DNA of 64,000 nucleotides from Candidatus Brevefilum sp. (GCA_050953525.1 JBMNMW010000004.1:1539-65538); one strand, 5' to 3'. Positions 48,399 through 57,294 are shown, counted from the first letter of the stretch. The notes: generated by a model from the sequence alone, not told the origin. Translations and numbers: made by a program.

Positions 48399-49206
48399 GA
48401 TATGCAAATTTATCTGCTCGAATACAGAAAAAGATCCAGCCAATGATCAAAATACCAAAGGAGGATACTCCAGTTGCAATCCATGTTTGCAGGTGGGGCA
48501 CAAAACCATCCAGCATGAGGATGCGGAAAAAATTGACAATGTAATAGAAGGGATTGATGTATAAAAGCAACCCGTTTAATATTTTTTTATAAAAATCGAG
48601 CGGCATGATAATCGGCGTGAGATACATCCAGGCTGTCAGGACAACAGGATATAAATCTGCAACATCAGGAAAAAAAACAGCCAGGGATGATACCAGCAGT
48701 CCTATCCCCAAAGAAAATGCAAATAAGAAAAGCATTGACACAGGAAAAAGCAATGCAGATGTTTTTAAGGTAACTCCCGTAATTATGTAAACAATTGCGA
48801 GCGGGACCAGGGAAATGACAAAATTGACCATGCTTGCCATGATGGTTGATACCACGAAGGCAGTGCGGGGAACATAAATTTGCTTAAATAAGGCGCTGCC
48901 CCACACCATTGAGCTCATCGCCATCGTTGTGGATTGCGAAAACATTGTCCAGCAAATCACACCCGTAAGAACGTAAGCTGCATAATTGTCTGCGCGGTCA
49001 AAAACCTGTGAAAACACAATCACCATGATCAGCATCGTTCCCAGGGGATTGAGCATCGTCCAGGCGACGCCGAGAAAAGAACGTTTATATCTTGCAACGA
49101 TGTCGCGACGCACCAATTGATAAATCAGATCGCGATATTTCCATAAAGCAATTAACTCTTCAATTGCAGGATGTTTTCTTTTTGCGCTGTCGTAAATGTC
49201 GGTCAT
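48391..49206 (-). CDS. wzm: Polysaccharide ABC transporter permease
   Basis: LVRRDIVARYKRSFLGVAW..LNPL, WMYLTPI, NP...I...FR; six TM segments. Confidence 0.92.
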   Translation of the reverse strand: MTDIYDSAKRKHPAIEELIALWKYRDLIYQLVRRDIVARYKRSFLGVAWTMLNPLGTMLIMVIVFSQVFDRADNYAAYVLTGVICWTMFSQSTTMAMSSMVWGSALFKQIYVPRTAFVVSTIMASMVNFVISLVPLAIVYIITGVTLKTSALLFPVSMLFLFAFSLGIGLLVSSLAVFFPDVADLYPVVLTAWMYLTPIIMPLDFYKKILNGLLLYINPFYYIVNFFRILMLDGFVPHLQTWIATGVSSFGILIIGWIFFCIRADKFAYHV

Positions 49207-49301
49207 AAATGAAAAATAAGGGCATGATTGAATGCCCAAAGGTTACCTTAAAAGGTGTGCGCTGTCAATGAACGCGATGTGATGCGATCTTGCAAAAAAT
49301 G

Positions 49302-50114
49302 TTAAGTATCCTGAATGGTCATTCTGATCACATATCGATAGTAAGTATATCTCCCCGCATCTAAGGATTCAGGCCCCCAACCGCAAAACCCAAGATAGAT
49401 GAAATTTTCAAAAGAAGGCTTCATGGTCCCCACCCATTCCGAGCGATCACCTTTTCTTTCAATGAGAATATTTTCGATTTCTTCCGGCTCCAACCATAAC
49501 TTTTCCGATGCCTGGTGAGACAACCGAGCAATGCTGTTGATCTTTGTGGTGAGCAAATATTCGCCGTTACATAGCCATTCAATCTCAGATCCGATTAATT
49601 GATCGATTTGTTGCTGGATGTAATCATTGTCTTTTTTCCCCCAATGCTCCAGGTATTTGCGAATAAATTCTGCCTCCATGGGTTTAAGTATGTTGCCGTT
49701 TAAAAATGAAGAATGAAGGATCAAATAGGGCGTTTTCTCGTAAAAGACCGCTGTTCCTTTGCCTAACGCAAATTTATCGCCTTTATCTTCAAAATAGTCC
49801 CTGTCAAGGACAGTAAACTTACTTATCTGATTTTTCAAAGGACCCGACGTGAAGGTAATGATCGTCTCACAACCATATAAACTTGCCAAATTATCGGGAG
49901 TTGGAATAGTCGTTGATTGTGGGAAAAAAGGTTCGGGCGCTTCAGTTGTGATTGTTTTTTCCGGAAGAGATAACACCGATTGTTCATCAAAGCTTGATGT
50001 CGGTGCGAATGGGCGTTGCAACGCTTCTCCAACAGAAACATTGGGAGTCTTTGATGAACAGCTGACCAGGATGATCAAGAACAGCTGAGTGATGAAGCTC
50101 AAGCGCTTTTTCAT
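49302..50114 (-). CDS. Divergent sortase-like lipoprotein (class F-like)
   Basis: Lipobox LVSC. His in AVFY...LILHS, Cys in IYLGFCG and Arg in YYRYVI occur in sortase order and spacing. Pattern match by eye only. Confidence 0.6.
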   Translation of the reverse strand: MKKRLSFITQLFLIILVSCSSKTPNVSVGEALQRPFAPTSSFDEQSVLSLPEKTITTEAPEPFFPQSTTIPTPDNLASLYGCETIITFTSGPLKNQISKFTVLDRDYFEDKGDKFALGKGTAVFYEKTPYLILHSSFLNGNILKPMEAEFIRKYLEHWGKKDNDYIQQQIDQLIGSEIEWLCNGEYLLTTKINSIARLSHQASEKLWLEPEEIENILIERKGDRSEWVGTMKPSFENFIYLGFCGWGPESLDAGRYTYYRYVIRMTIQDT

Positions 50115-50129
50115 AATTGAGAAAGAAGT

Positions 50130-50163
50130 CAGCATTCAGATACCCATGGGTATCTGAATGCTG
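50130..50163. repeat. Perfect 34-bp palindrome between the surface-protein gene and the sortase-like gene
   Basis: CAGCATTCAGATACCCA|TGGGTATCTGAATGCTG, read directly. Confidence 0.95.
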
Positions 50164-50184
50164 TTGGTGACCTAAATCTGAGGA

Positions 50185-51054
50185 TTAGTTATTCAATGTT
50201 TCCCTTTTCTTCATTTTCAAAAAGCCGGCGGCGATCGATCCAAGGCCAAGAATTCCGAAAACGAAGGGCGCTACACTACGAGTAAACGACGGACCACTTC
50301 CACCTGCTGGTTGATCTGGTGCCGGGTCAACAACCACTTTGGGTTCTTCTTCTGGAACAACAACAGCAACTGTTGTGGGTGGCTTGGTGGGCTGCTCAAG
50401 CGGACATGGTATGACAGTTTCAGCGACAACAAAAGATTCTTCGTTGTAGGAATAATCAATTGAGACGAGATTCCCTTCGCGGGCAGTTGTGAAGCTTGCC
50501 GATCCGTTTGCCGGGGCAATCCCGGTGCCGGTTTCACTATTATTTGCACTCCAGGCGAACGCAACTGCAAACGGATTATCATTAATGACCTCCCAAGAAA
50601 TGCTCATTGCTTCGGTTTCTGTCGTTGGGATGCCAGAACAGATTCCTGATAGAACAAGCGGTATGAATTCATCATCCGGGGTTGTTTCAGTGGGGGTTAT
50701 AGATGGTGCTGCAGTTGGTGTGAAAGAAGGAATATCGGTAGGCGTGTTTGTGGGCTTCGATGTGGGTGTATTCGTTGGAACTGATGTTGGTGTATTCGAC
50801 GGTAGGGACGTTGGCGTATTGGTGGGCGCGGTTGTTGGGGTGTAAGTGTATGTGGGATAAGCTGTTGGCGTTTTGGGGGAATGTTTGGTTTTTGTGGGCG
50901 TTGCCGTAGGATTGATCTTGGTTTTAGTTGGTTTCTTGCCTTCAAGTCCACTGGCAGCAACATTTCCATCAATTAAAGACGGAGTTGACAGAAGTATGGC
51001 TAAAATTAGGAAAATTCCTCCCAAAACAAAAAGGATTTTTGAGTTTTTATTCAT
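50185..51054 (-). CDS. Thr/Pro-rich (mucin-like) surface protein with signal peptide and C-terminal sorting signal QPAGG + TM + KMKKR
   Basis: Hydrophobic N-terminus, seven xTPTxxP[T/S] repeats, a Cys-flanked ~85-aa domain, then QPAGG, a hydrophobic helix and a basic tail. Confidence 0.8.
   Translation of the reverse strand: MNKNSKILFVLGGIFLILAILLSTPSLIDGNVAASGLEGKKPTKTKINPTATPTKTKHSPKTPTAYPTYTYTPTTAPTNTPTSLPSNTPTSVPTNTPTSKPTNTPTDIPSFTPTAAPSITPTETTPDDEFIPLVLSGICSGIPTTETEAMSISWEVINDNPFAVAFAWSANNSETGTGIAPANGSASFTTAREGNLVSIDYSYNEESFVVAETVIPCPLEQPTKPPTTVAVVVPEEEPKVVVDPAPDQPAGGSGPSFTRSVAPFVFGILGLGSIAAGFLKMKKRETLNN
50677..50844 (-). repeat. Seven degenerate 24-nt (8-aa) tandem repeats xTPTxxP[T/S]
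   Basis: YTPTTAPT NTPTSLPS NTPTSVPT NTPTSKPT NTPTDIPS FTPTAAPS ITPTETTP. Confidence 0.9.
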
Positions 51055-51201
51055 GATGTTTTCTCCATTTCTTAAAATTTATTTGTGATCCAAATTCTTT
51101 TGTTCTTAGAGAATAATGTAAGCTCCAAAATATTTTTGCAGCAATGGCTTGATAAAAAACTCAAATTTTAATCAAGCCTTAATCAGATAAATACGACCAT
51201 T

Positions 51202-51230
51202 ATTATACATAATATCCAAATACATGTCAA
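51202..51230 (-). promoter_or_regulatory. Perfect-consensus sigma70 promoter for the TP-rich surface protein
   Basis: Minus-strand TTGACA-17 bp-TATAAT, about 140 nt upstream of a GGAG RBS and ATG. Confidence 0.8.
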
Positions 51231-51293
51231 TATGCAATTTTCCAAATTAAGCCATTTTTAATTTGCCTGTTGGAAACGATTTTTCTTGGATAA

Positions 51294-51323
51294 TTGTCAA
51301 AAAGATTGAATTCAGCCTATAAT
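51294..51323 (+). promoter_or_regulatory. sigma70-type promoter for apgM
   Basis: TTGTCA-18 bp-TATAAT. Confidence 0.6.
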
Positions 51324-51361
51324 AATGTTATTCTTTGATGAATTTTTTAAATTTGTGATGA

Positions 51362-52585
51362 TTGGAGATAAATATGGAATTAGATTTGATCAAGTCTCTT
51401 TTGACGAGTGGAAAGAAGTCTAAAATTGTGCTGCTCGTGATGGATGGGTTGGGGGGGCTTCCCTTTGGAGAGGGAAGTTTGACAGAATTGGAAGCTGCAA
51501 AAACGCCCAATATGGATGCGCTGGCAGCAAAAAGCACGCTGGGATTGCACCAGTCAATTCGAGCTGGCATTACCCCGGGCAGCGGTCCTGCCCATTTGGC
51601 GTTGTTTGGTTATGACCCGGTAAAATATTTTGTTGGTCGCGGCGTTCTTTCCGCTTTGGGGACTGATTTTGATCTCCAGGAAAGTGATCTTGCGGCAAGA
51701 GGAAATTTTTGCACGGTTGATTCGGAAGGGCGGGTAACCGATCGACGTGCGGGGCGAATCCCAACGGAGACCGCTGAGCGGCTGTGCCAATTACTCAATG
51801 AAAAAGTAAAAATCCCGGGTGTGGAAGTCTTTTTGCAGCCCGAGAAAGAATACCGCTTTCTGCTGGTTATTAGGGGACAGGGTCTGGCGGCTAACATCGA
51901 GGAAACCGATCCGCAAATGACAGGACAAAAGCCATTGGTGGCAGCAGCCATTGACTCGCAATCAGAAAAAGCTGCAGGCATTGTACAGGAGTTCATACGA
52001 CAAGCCCAGGAGATACTAAAGGATGAAAGCCCAGCAAATATGCTGCTTTTACGAGGTTTTGCGCAGCTTCCAGATTGGCCAAAATTTCCTGAGGTATTTG
52101 GATTAAAATCCTTGGCGATCGCGATGTATCCGATGTATCGGGGCGTGGCAAAACTTGTTGGAATGGAAAGCCCGGTCGCAGCAAATTCTTATGAAGAGGA
52201 AATCGATATGCTTGAAAAATTTTGGGATGATTATGATTTCTTCTTTGTTCACATAAAGAAAACGGATAGTTATGGCGAAGATGGAAACTTTGAGAAAAAA
52301 GTTGAAGAAATTGAAAAGGTTGATGCCCTCTTACCAAGGATTATGGCTCTTGACCCATCTGTCCTGATTATCACCGGTGACCACAGCACCCCGTGCGAAA
52401 TGAAGACGCACAGCTGGCACCCGGTGCCGGTATTGTTGTATGCGAAGCAATGCCGACCCGATGGGATTGCCAGCTTTGGTGAAAGCGCATGCCGACAGGG
52501 AGGCCTGGGAGTTCGCTTTCCTTCCTATGAGCTGATGCCCCTGGTCCTGGCACATGCCGGAAGATTGGAGAAATTCGGCGCCTAA
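51362..52585 (+). CDS. apgM: 2,3-bisphosphoglycerate-independent phosphoglycerate mutase, archaeal type
   Basis: LLVMDGLGG, TELEAAKTPNMD, ITPGSGPAHL, VHIKKTD..GEDG, ITGDHSTP, HSWHPVP. Confidence 0.92.
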   Translation: MEINMELDLIKSLLTSGKKSKIVLLVMDGLGGLPFGEGSLTELEAAKTPNMDALAAKSTLGLHQSIRAGITPGSGPAHLALFGYDPVKYFVGRGVLSALGTDFDLQESDLAARGNFCTVDSEGRVTDRRAGRIPTETAERLCQLLNEKVKIPGVEVFLQPEKEYRFLLVIRGQGLAANIEETDPQMTGQKPLVAAAIDSQSEKAAGIVQEFIRQAQEILKDESPANMLLLRGFAQLPDWPKFPEVFGLKSLAIAMYPMYRGVAKLVGMESPVAANSYEEEIDMLEKFWDDYDFFFVHIKKTDSYGEDGNFEKKVEEIEKVDALLPRIMALDPSVLIITGDHSTPCEMKTHSWHPVPVLLYAKQCRPDGIASFGESACRQGGLGVRFPSYELMPLVLAHAGRLEKFGA

Positions 52586-52605
52586 CAAACATTTTTTTGA
52601 ATTTT

Positions 52606-52640
52606 AAAAGAGCCAGTGTAAAGTCGTCTGGCTCTTTTTT
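52606..52640. terminator. Intrinsic terminator after apgM
   Basis: AAAAGAGCCAG-loop-CTGGCTCTTTTTT. Confidence 0.8.
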
Positions 52641-52726
52641 ATTCGATCTGCGCTTTTTTGAAGGAAGTTGAGTTTACGGATGCTATCGATTATGATTGAA
52701 ACATACGTACAAGCTTATGAGGTGAT

Positions 52727-53749
52727 ATGAAATTTAAAGCTTTGTTGTATGACCAGCTTGAGGGCAATGATGTCCGATGTAAACTTTGCGCTCATCGTTG
52801 TACTATTCGCGATGGAAACCTTGGTATATGCCAGGTTAGGGAGAACATCGGAGGTGAATTATTCACGCTGGCTTATGGAAATTTGATTGCCCAGCATGTC
52901 GACCCCATTGAAAAAAAGCCCCTTTTTCATGTGATGCCTGGATCGAAAGCCTATTCAATTGCCACGCCGGGTTGCAATTTCCGCTGTGAATGGTGTCAAA
53001 ACTGGGAAATCTCACAAATGCCTCGCATCATGACCTTGCCTGAATCAGAACGTGTCATGCCTGAAAGCATCGTCCATGCTGCGCTAAGAACTGAATGTGA
53101 GATCATTGCCTATACCTATACAGAACCAACCATTTTTTTTGAATACAGCCTCAATGTGGCAAAACTGGCCAAAGAAAATGGATTAAAAAATGTCTATATT
53201 ACGAATGGGTTTATGACCCCGGAAGCGCTCGATATGATTTCGCCCTATCTTGATGCAGCCAATGTTGATATCAAGACATTTAAAGATGAGACTTACCGGC
53301 ACTTAATGGGAGGGAAATTAGAACCGGTTCTGGAAACCTGCCGAAAAATGAAAGAGCTTGGGATCTGGCTTGAAGTGACGACCTTGATCGTGCCGGGAAT
53401 TAATGATGATCAGATGGAACTTCAGGCTCTGGCAAGCTTTATTGTTAATGAGCTCGGTTCGGAGACACCCTGGCATCTGAGCCGTTTTTATCCGCAATAT
53501 AAGATGAATGACAGGCAACCAACCCCAGATTCGATCCTTTATGAGACAAAAGCGAAGGGTGAAGATCTGGGCTTGCATTACATCTATACTGGGAATATTG
53601 GTGGGGAAAATGACACAAAATGCAAGCAATGTGGAAATGTGTTAATCTACAGAACGTGGTATGACCTGCATATGAACGGGATTAATCATGAAGGTCGTTG
53701 TACGCAATGTGGTACGATTCTTGATGGATTGGGGATTAATAGACAATAA
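52727..53749 (+). CDS. amrS: AmmeMemoRadiSam-system radical SAM enzyme
   Basis: N-terminal C.LCAH.C, DPIEKKPLFH, GCNFRCEWCQNWEISQ, AYTYTEPTI, WLEVTTL, WHLSRFYP.Y.M. Confidence 0.88.
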   Translation: MKFKALLYDQLEGNDVRCKLCAHRCTIRDGNLGICQVRENIGGELFTLAYGNLIAQHVDPIEKKPLFHVMPGSKAYSIATPGCNFRCEWCQNWEISQMPRIMTLPESERVMPESIVHAALRTECEIIAYTYTEPTIFFEYSLNVAKLAKENGLKNVYITNGFMTPEALDMISPYLDAANVDIKTFKDETYRHLMGGKLEPVLETCRKMKELGIWLEVTTLIVPGINDDQMELQALASFIVNELGSETPWHLSRFYPQYKMNDRQPTPDSILYETKAKGEDLGLHYIYTGNIGGENDTKCKQCGNVLIYRTWYDLHMNGINHEGRCTQCGTILDGLGINRQ

Positions 53750-53923
53750 ACCGAATATCGTGCTTGAAAATAATAAAATATTCGTTTATACTAAAAATTG
53801 AGTTATCTTTTCAAAAAATGTTTATCAAATATTAACATTAAATTGTTATATTGGATTTGAAATTAAGTTATAATGGGCGTGAAAGAACGCGTAGGACTGC
53901 TTTGTTGAGTCAAATGCTTACAT

Positions 53924-53964
53924 AAAGCCCATTGACGCTGAAAATTTATGTCAATGGCTTTTTT
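53924..53964 (+). terminator. Terminator-like hairpin between amrS and the sigma gene
   Basis: AAAGC(C)CATTGAC-13 nt-GTCAATGGCTTT followed by a T run. Confidence 0.55.
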
Positions 53965-54015
53965 ATCGTCTAAAATAGAAAAGACAGAAAGACAAAGAAA
54001 TAAAAACAACAGGAG

Positions 54016-55059
54016 TTGATTGAAGTAATGACAACCGTTAAAGAAGTACCAAACGATGCCATTTCAGATGAGAACCTCGAATCATTATTTGAAGAACATG
54101 ATGCGTTGGAAGAAGAAATGGTATATGAAGAATATATCTCTGACCACACCGGGATCACCTCGGATGATTCAGTAAGCCTGTACTTAAACGAGATGAGCAG
54201 AGTCCCACTGCTCACACGCGAAGAAGAGATTACACTGGCCAAAAAAATGGAAATCGGGCATCAGGCTCGTCTGACCCTGCTTGAATCTGATGGCGACCTT
54301 GTTAACCTGGAAGAGATTAAAGAATTGATCAGAGAAGGGAAAGAAGCACGTGAATATTTGATCAAAGCAAATATTCGTCTGGTGGTCAGTATTGCCAAAA
54401 AATACCGTCGTTATGGATCTTCGTTCCTGGATCTGATACAGGCAGGAAATGTGGGTTTGATCCGTGCGGTTGATAAATTTGATTATAAACGTGGAAACCG
54501 TTTCAGCACCTACGCGACATGGTGGATTCGGCGTTCAGTTTTGCGCTTTTTGAACCAGAAAGAACGCACCATTCGTTTGCCAAATTACCTCAGCAACCGC
54601 TTGCGCAAGGTTCGCACGGTTACCCGCGATCTTGCCCAGGAATTGGGGCGTCAGCCTACGCTGGAAGAAATTTCTGAACATGTGGATCAGGATCCAGAAG
54701 AGCTGCGACAATTGATCCATTACGCTCGGCTTCCAATTTCTTTGGATGAGCCTGTGGGCGAAGACGGTGAGAGCGAGCTGTTGAATTTTGTTGAAAACGA
54801 GAATGCTGTTGTCCCATTCAATTCGGTACAGCAACGTTTGCTTGAAGAGGATATTGAAAATGCCCTATCCGAACTGTCTGAACGAGAAGCAAGCATCATC
54901 AAGCTTCGGTTCGGACTTGATGGCAATCGCAGCCATACCCTCAAAGAACTGGGAGAAATCTTTGGCGTAACCCGTGAGCGGATTCGCCAGATTCAACAAA
55001 AGGCATTACGAAAACTGCGAAGCCCGCAGAATCAAGTTCGTTTACGCAACTATCTTTAG
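54016..55059 (+). CDS. RpoD/RpoS-family sigma70 factor lacking region 1.1 (probable alternative sigma)
   Basis: Region 1.2 DSVSLYLNEM..VPLLTREEE, region 2 ANIRLVVSIAKKY...FSTYATWWIR, region 4 TLKELG..FGVTRERIRQI. Confidence 0.9.
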   Translation: MIEVMTTVKEVPNDAISDENLESLFEEHDALEEEMVYEEYISDHTGITSDDSVSLYLNEMSRVPLLTREEEITLAKKMEIGHQARLTLLESDGDLVNLEEIKELIREGKEAREYLIKANIRLVVSIAKKYRRYGSSFLDLIQAGNVGLIRAVDKFDYKRGNRFSTYATWWIRRSVLRFLNQKERTIRLPNYLSNRLRKVRTVTRDLAQELGRQPTLEEISEHVDQDPEELRQLIHYARLPISLDEPVGEDGESELLNFVENENAVVPFNSVQQRLLEEDIENALSELSEREASIIKLRFGLDGNRSHTLKELGEIFGVTRERIRQIQQKALRKLRSPQNQVRLRNYL

Positions 55060-55082
55060 GACGGATCTTAGAAAACAAATTG

Positions 55083-55117
55083 AAATAAAGACCAATCGAT
55101 TGGTCTTTATTTTTTTA
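55083..55117. terminator. Intrinsic terminator after the sigma gene
   Basis: Perfect 30-bp palindrome AAATAAAGACCAATCGATTGGTCTTTATTT plus a T tract. Confidence 0.8.
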
Positions 55118-55175
55118 TCCCATCAAATTGACATATAATCATATCGATTATCTGATTTATTGGATTGGAAGGGAT

Positions 55176-56000
55176 ATGATTTTACAAACAGCGTTACAGG
55201 ATTGGCTGACTTCATTCCTCGTGTTTTTACCGAAACTATTGACAGGAATCATCATCTTTGTTGCAACCTTATTTATCTCTAATTATGCGGGGAAATGGGT
55301 ACAAAAGATTGTTAAGAAAAAAATTGTCAATGAAGAAGCGGCGCACCTTACTTTCACCATATTAAAATGGTTGATCTTGATTACAGGGTTGACCCTTGCT
55401 TTAGAGCAGGTTGATTTTAATGTGACCAGCTTTATCGCCGGTCTCGGCGTGGTTGGTTTTACAGTAGGTTTTGCCTTGCAAGACATCGCAAAAAATTTTG
55501 TTTCGGGTTTAATGCTCCTTGCCAGACAGCCATTTAGCCTTCAAGATGCAGTAAAAATTGCGGAATACACCGGAAAAGTAAAGGAGATCACTGTCCGGGA
55601 TACCGTTATCGAAACCTTTGATGGGGAATTGGTGATCATCCCAAATCAAAAAGTCTTTGAAAATCCCATTGTTAATTTCACTGCTTCACAATTCCGGAGA
55701 AGGAACATCACGTTTGGATTGGGGTATGAAGTGGGTGCTGAAAAGGCTGTAGAATTGTTTCTTGAGACCATTCAGAAGGTAAGCGGCGTTGCAAAGGAAC
55801 CTGCACCGACCATCCGTGCGGAATATCTGGGCGAATCAGCGATGATGTTTTCTGCGACGTTCTGGGTAGATCAGGTGGAATACAATTTGCTCGACGTTCA
55901 TTCAAAGGTCGTTAATGCGATTAAGGCAGCATCAGATCAGCACGGAATCCGACTCCCATATCCTGTTCAAACCCTACTCGTTAAAAATCATGATTTATAG
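55176..56000 (+). CDS. mscS: Small-conductance mechanosensitive channel
   Basis: AGLGVVG..VGFALQD...NFVSG, TVIETFDGE.V.IPN, I.LPYP. The start was placed at Met17. Confidence 0.85.
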   Translation: MILQTALQDWLTSFLVFLPKLLTGIIIFVATLFISNYAGKWVQKIVKKKIVNEEAAHLTFTILKWLILITGLTLALEQVDFNVTSFIAGLGVVGFTVGFALQDIAKNFVSGLMLLARQPFSLQDAVKIAEYTGKVKEITVRDTVIETFDGELVIIPNQKVFENPIVNFTASQFRRRNITFGLGYEVGAEKAVELFLETIQKVSGVAKEPAPTIRAEYLGESAMMFSATFWVDQVEYNLLDVHSKVVNAIKAASDQHGIRLPYPVQTLLVKNHDL

Positions 56001-56057
56001 GAATGATGATTAAAATGGGCGTCCACAAAATCCACTCTTTTTAATCAGGGATCTAAC

Positions 56058-56816
56058 ATGCCTTGTATTTCATTACAACAGAGAATCGTTTATGGCCCGG
56101 TGCTTTCCCGACGGTTGGGTCGGTCTTTTGGGATTAACCTCCTGCCAACTTCGCTGAAGGTATGTTCCTTTGACTGCCGCTACTGTCAGTATGGAAAGAC
56201 CAATTTGCTCACCAGGCAGCCATCTATAAAAACACTTCCCGAAAAGGACTTGATCCTTGAAGAGGTTGAGGATGCGCTTAAAAAGCCGCGCACAATCGAC
56301 ACCCTTACCTTTTCAGGTAATGGTGAACCAACTTTACATCCTGATATCTTTGAGATCGTTCAAGGCGTAGAAAAACTTCGAAACAAATATCGCAAAGAAG
56401 TAAAAATTGCAATGCTCTCCAATTCAACCTGTTTGGCACGCCCCGAAGTTATGGATGCCCTGCAATTGGTGGACCTGCCCATGATGAAATTGGATGCGGG
56501 GGATAATAATACCTTCATAGAGATCAATCGGCCTGCTGAAGGGATCACGTTTGATAAAATCCTACAGAACCTGGCAAAAATACCAAAACTGATGATCCAA
56601 ACGATTGTCATTGGTGGAGAAACGAGCAACAGCCATGGGCAGCCTTTTCGTTCCCTGGTCGAAGTGCTTGCTAGTTTGCGCCCTGAATTGATACAGATTT
56701 ATACTCTGGAACGCCCAGCTGCCTACGGCGGATTGGCACCTGTTTCTCGTCAGCGACTTCAGCAAATAAAAACGCAATTAAGGGATCAATTTGCTTTGAA
56801 TGTGGAAGCTTATTAG
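56058..56816 (+). CDS. Radical SAM protein (COG0731-like Fe-S oxidoreductase)
   Basis: VYGPVLSRRLGRS.GINL, CSFDCRYCQ, TFSGNGEPTLHP, KLDA. Confidence 0.85.
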   Translation: MPCISLQQRIVYGPVLSRRLGRSFGINLLPTSLKVCSFDCRYCQYGKTNLLTRQPSIKTLPEKDLILEEVEDALKKPRTIDTLTFSGNGEPTLHPDIFEIVQGVEKLRNKYRKEVKIAMLSNSTCLARPEVMDALQLVDLPMMKLDAGDNNTFIEINRPAEGITFDKILQNLAKIPKLMIQTIVIGGETSNSHGQPFRSLVEVLASLRPELIQIYTLERPAAYGGLAPVSRQRLQQIKTQLRDQFALNVEAY

Positions 56817-57018
56817 CGAGTCCAATAATTTTTCATAAAAGGGCGTCGCGTGATAAAGTGAGGAAAGCTGTGAAAATGGTAATGAAATCCAAGCGTAAAT
56901 CTTTGTGCATGGTACAGGTTTTCAGCAACCAGGTTGTTCGAGAGAATTAAACACAAAACGGATTTATCTTAAATAAGCCGACAGCCCCTTCCCGATTGAT
57001 TAGAGATGAGGAATTACT

Positions 57019-57294
57019 CTATTCCCCGAAATTATCGTTAATCAGTTCTTCAAGTGCGAGAATGGCAGCCTCAGCGTCTTCGCCTTCTGCGGTGATGTTG
57101 ATTTCATGATCCTGGCATACGCCCAGGGTCAGGATACTTAAAATGCTTTTCGCATTAACCGCCCCTCTTGAATCTGTCAAATTCTCAACTTGAATAGTGC
57201 TTTTAAATTGGTTTGCTGTTTTTACGAATAACGATGCAGGTCTTGCATGCAGACCGGCTGGGTGGGTAACAGTAATTGTGAGTGTAGATTCCAT
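57019..57294 (-). CDS. ptsH: PTS phosphocarrier HPr
   Basis: GLHARPA (His15), NAKSILSIL (Ser46). GAGGAG RBS before the ATG at 57294. Confidence 0.95.
   Translation of the reverse strand: MESTLTITVTHPAGLHARPASLFVKTANQFKSTIQVENLTDSRGAVNAKSILSILTLGVCQDHEINITAEGEDAEAAILALEELINDNFGE

Noticed and set aside
50677-50844. Tandem repeats as a CRISPR array or mobile element
   Set aside because: They are in-frame degenerate coding repeats with no spacers and no cas genes.
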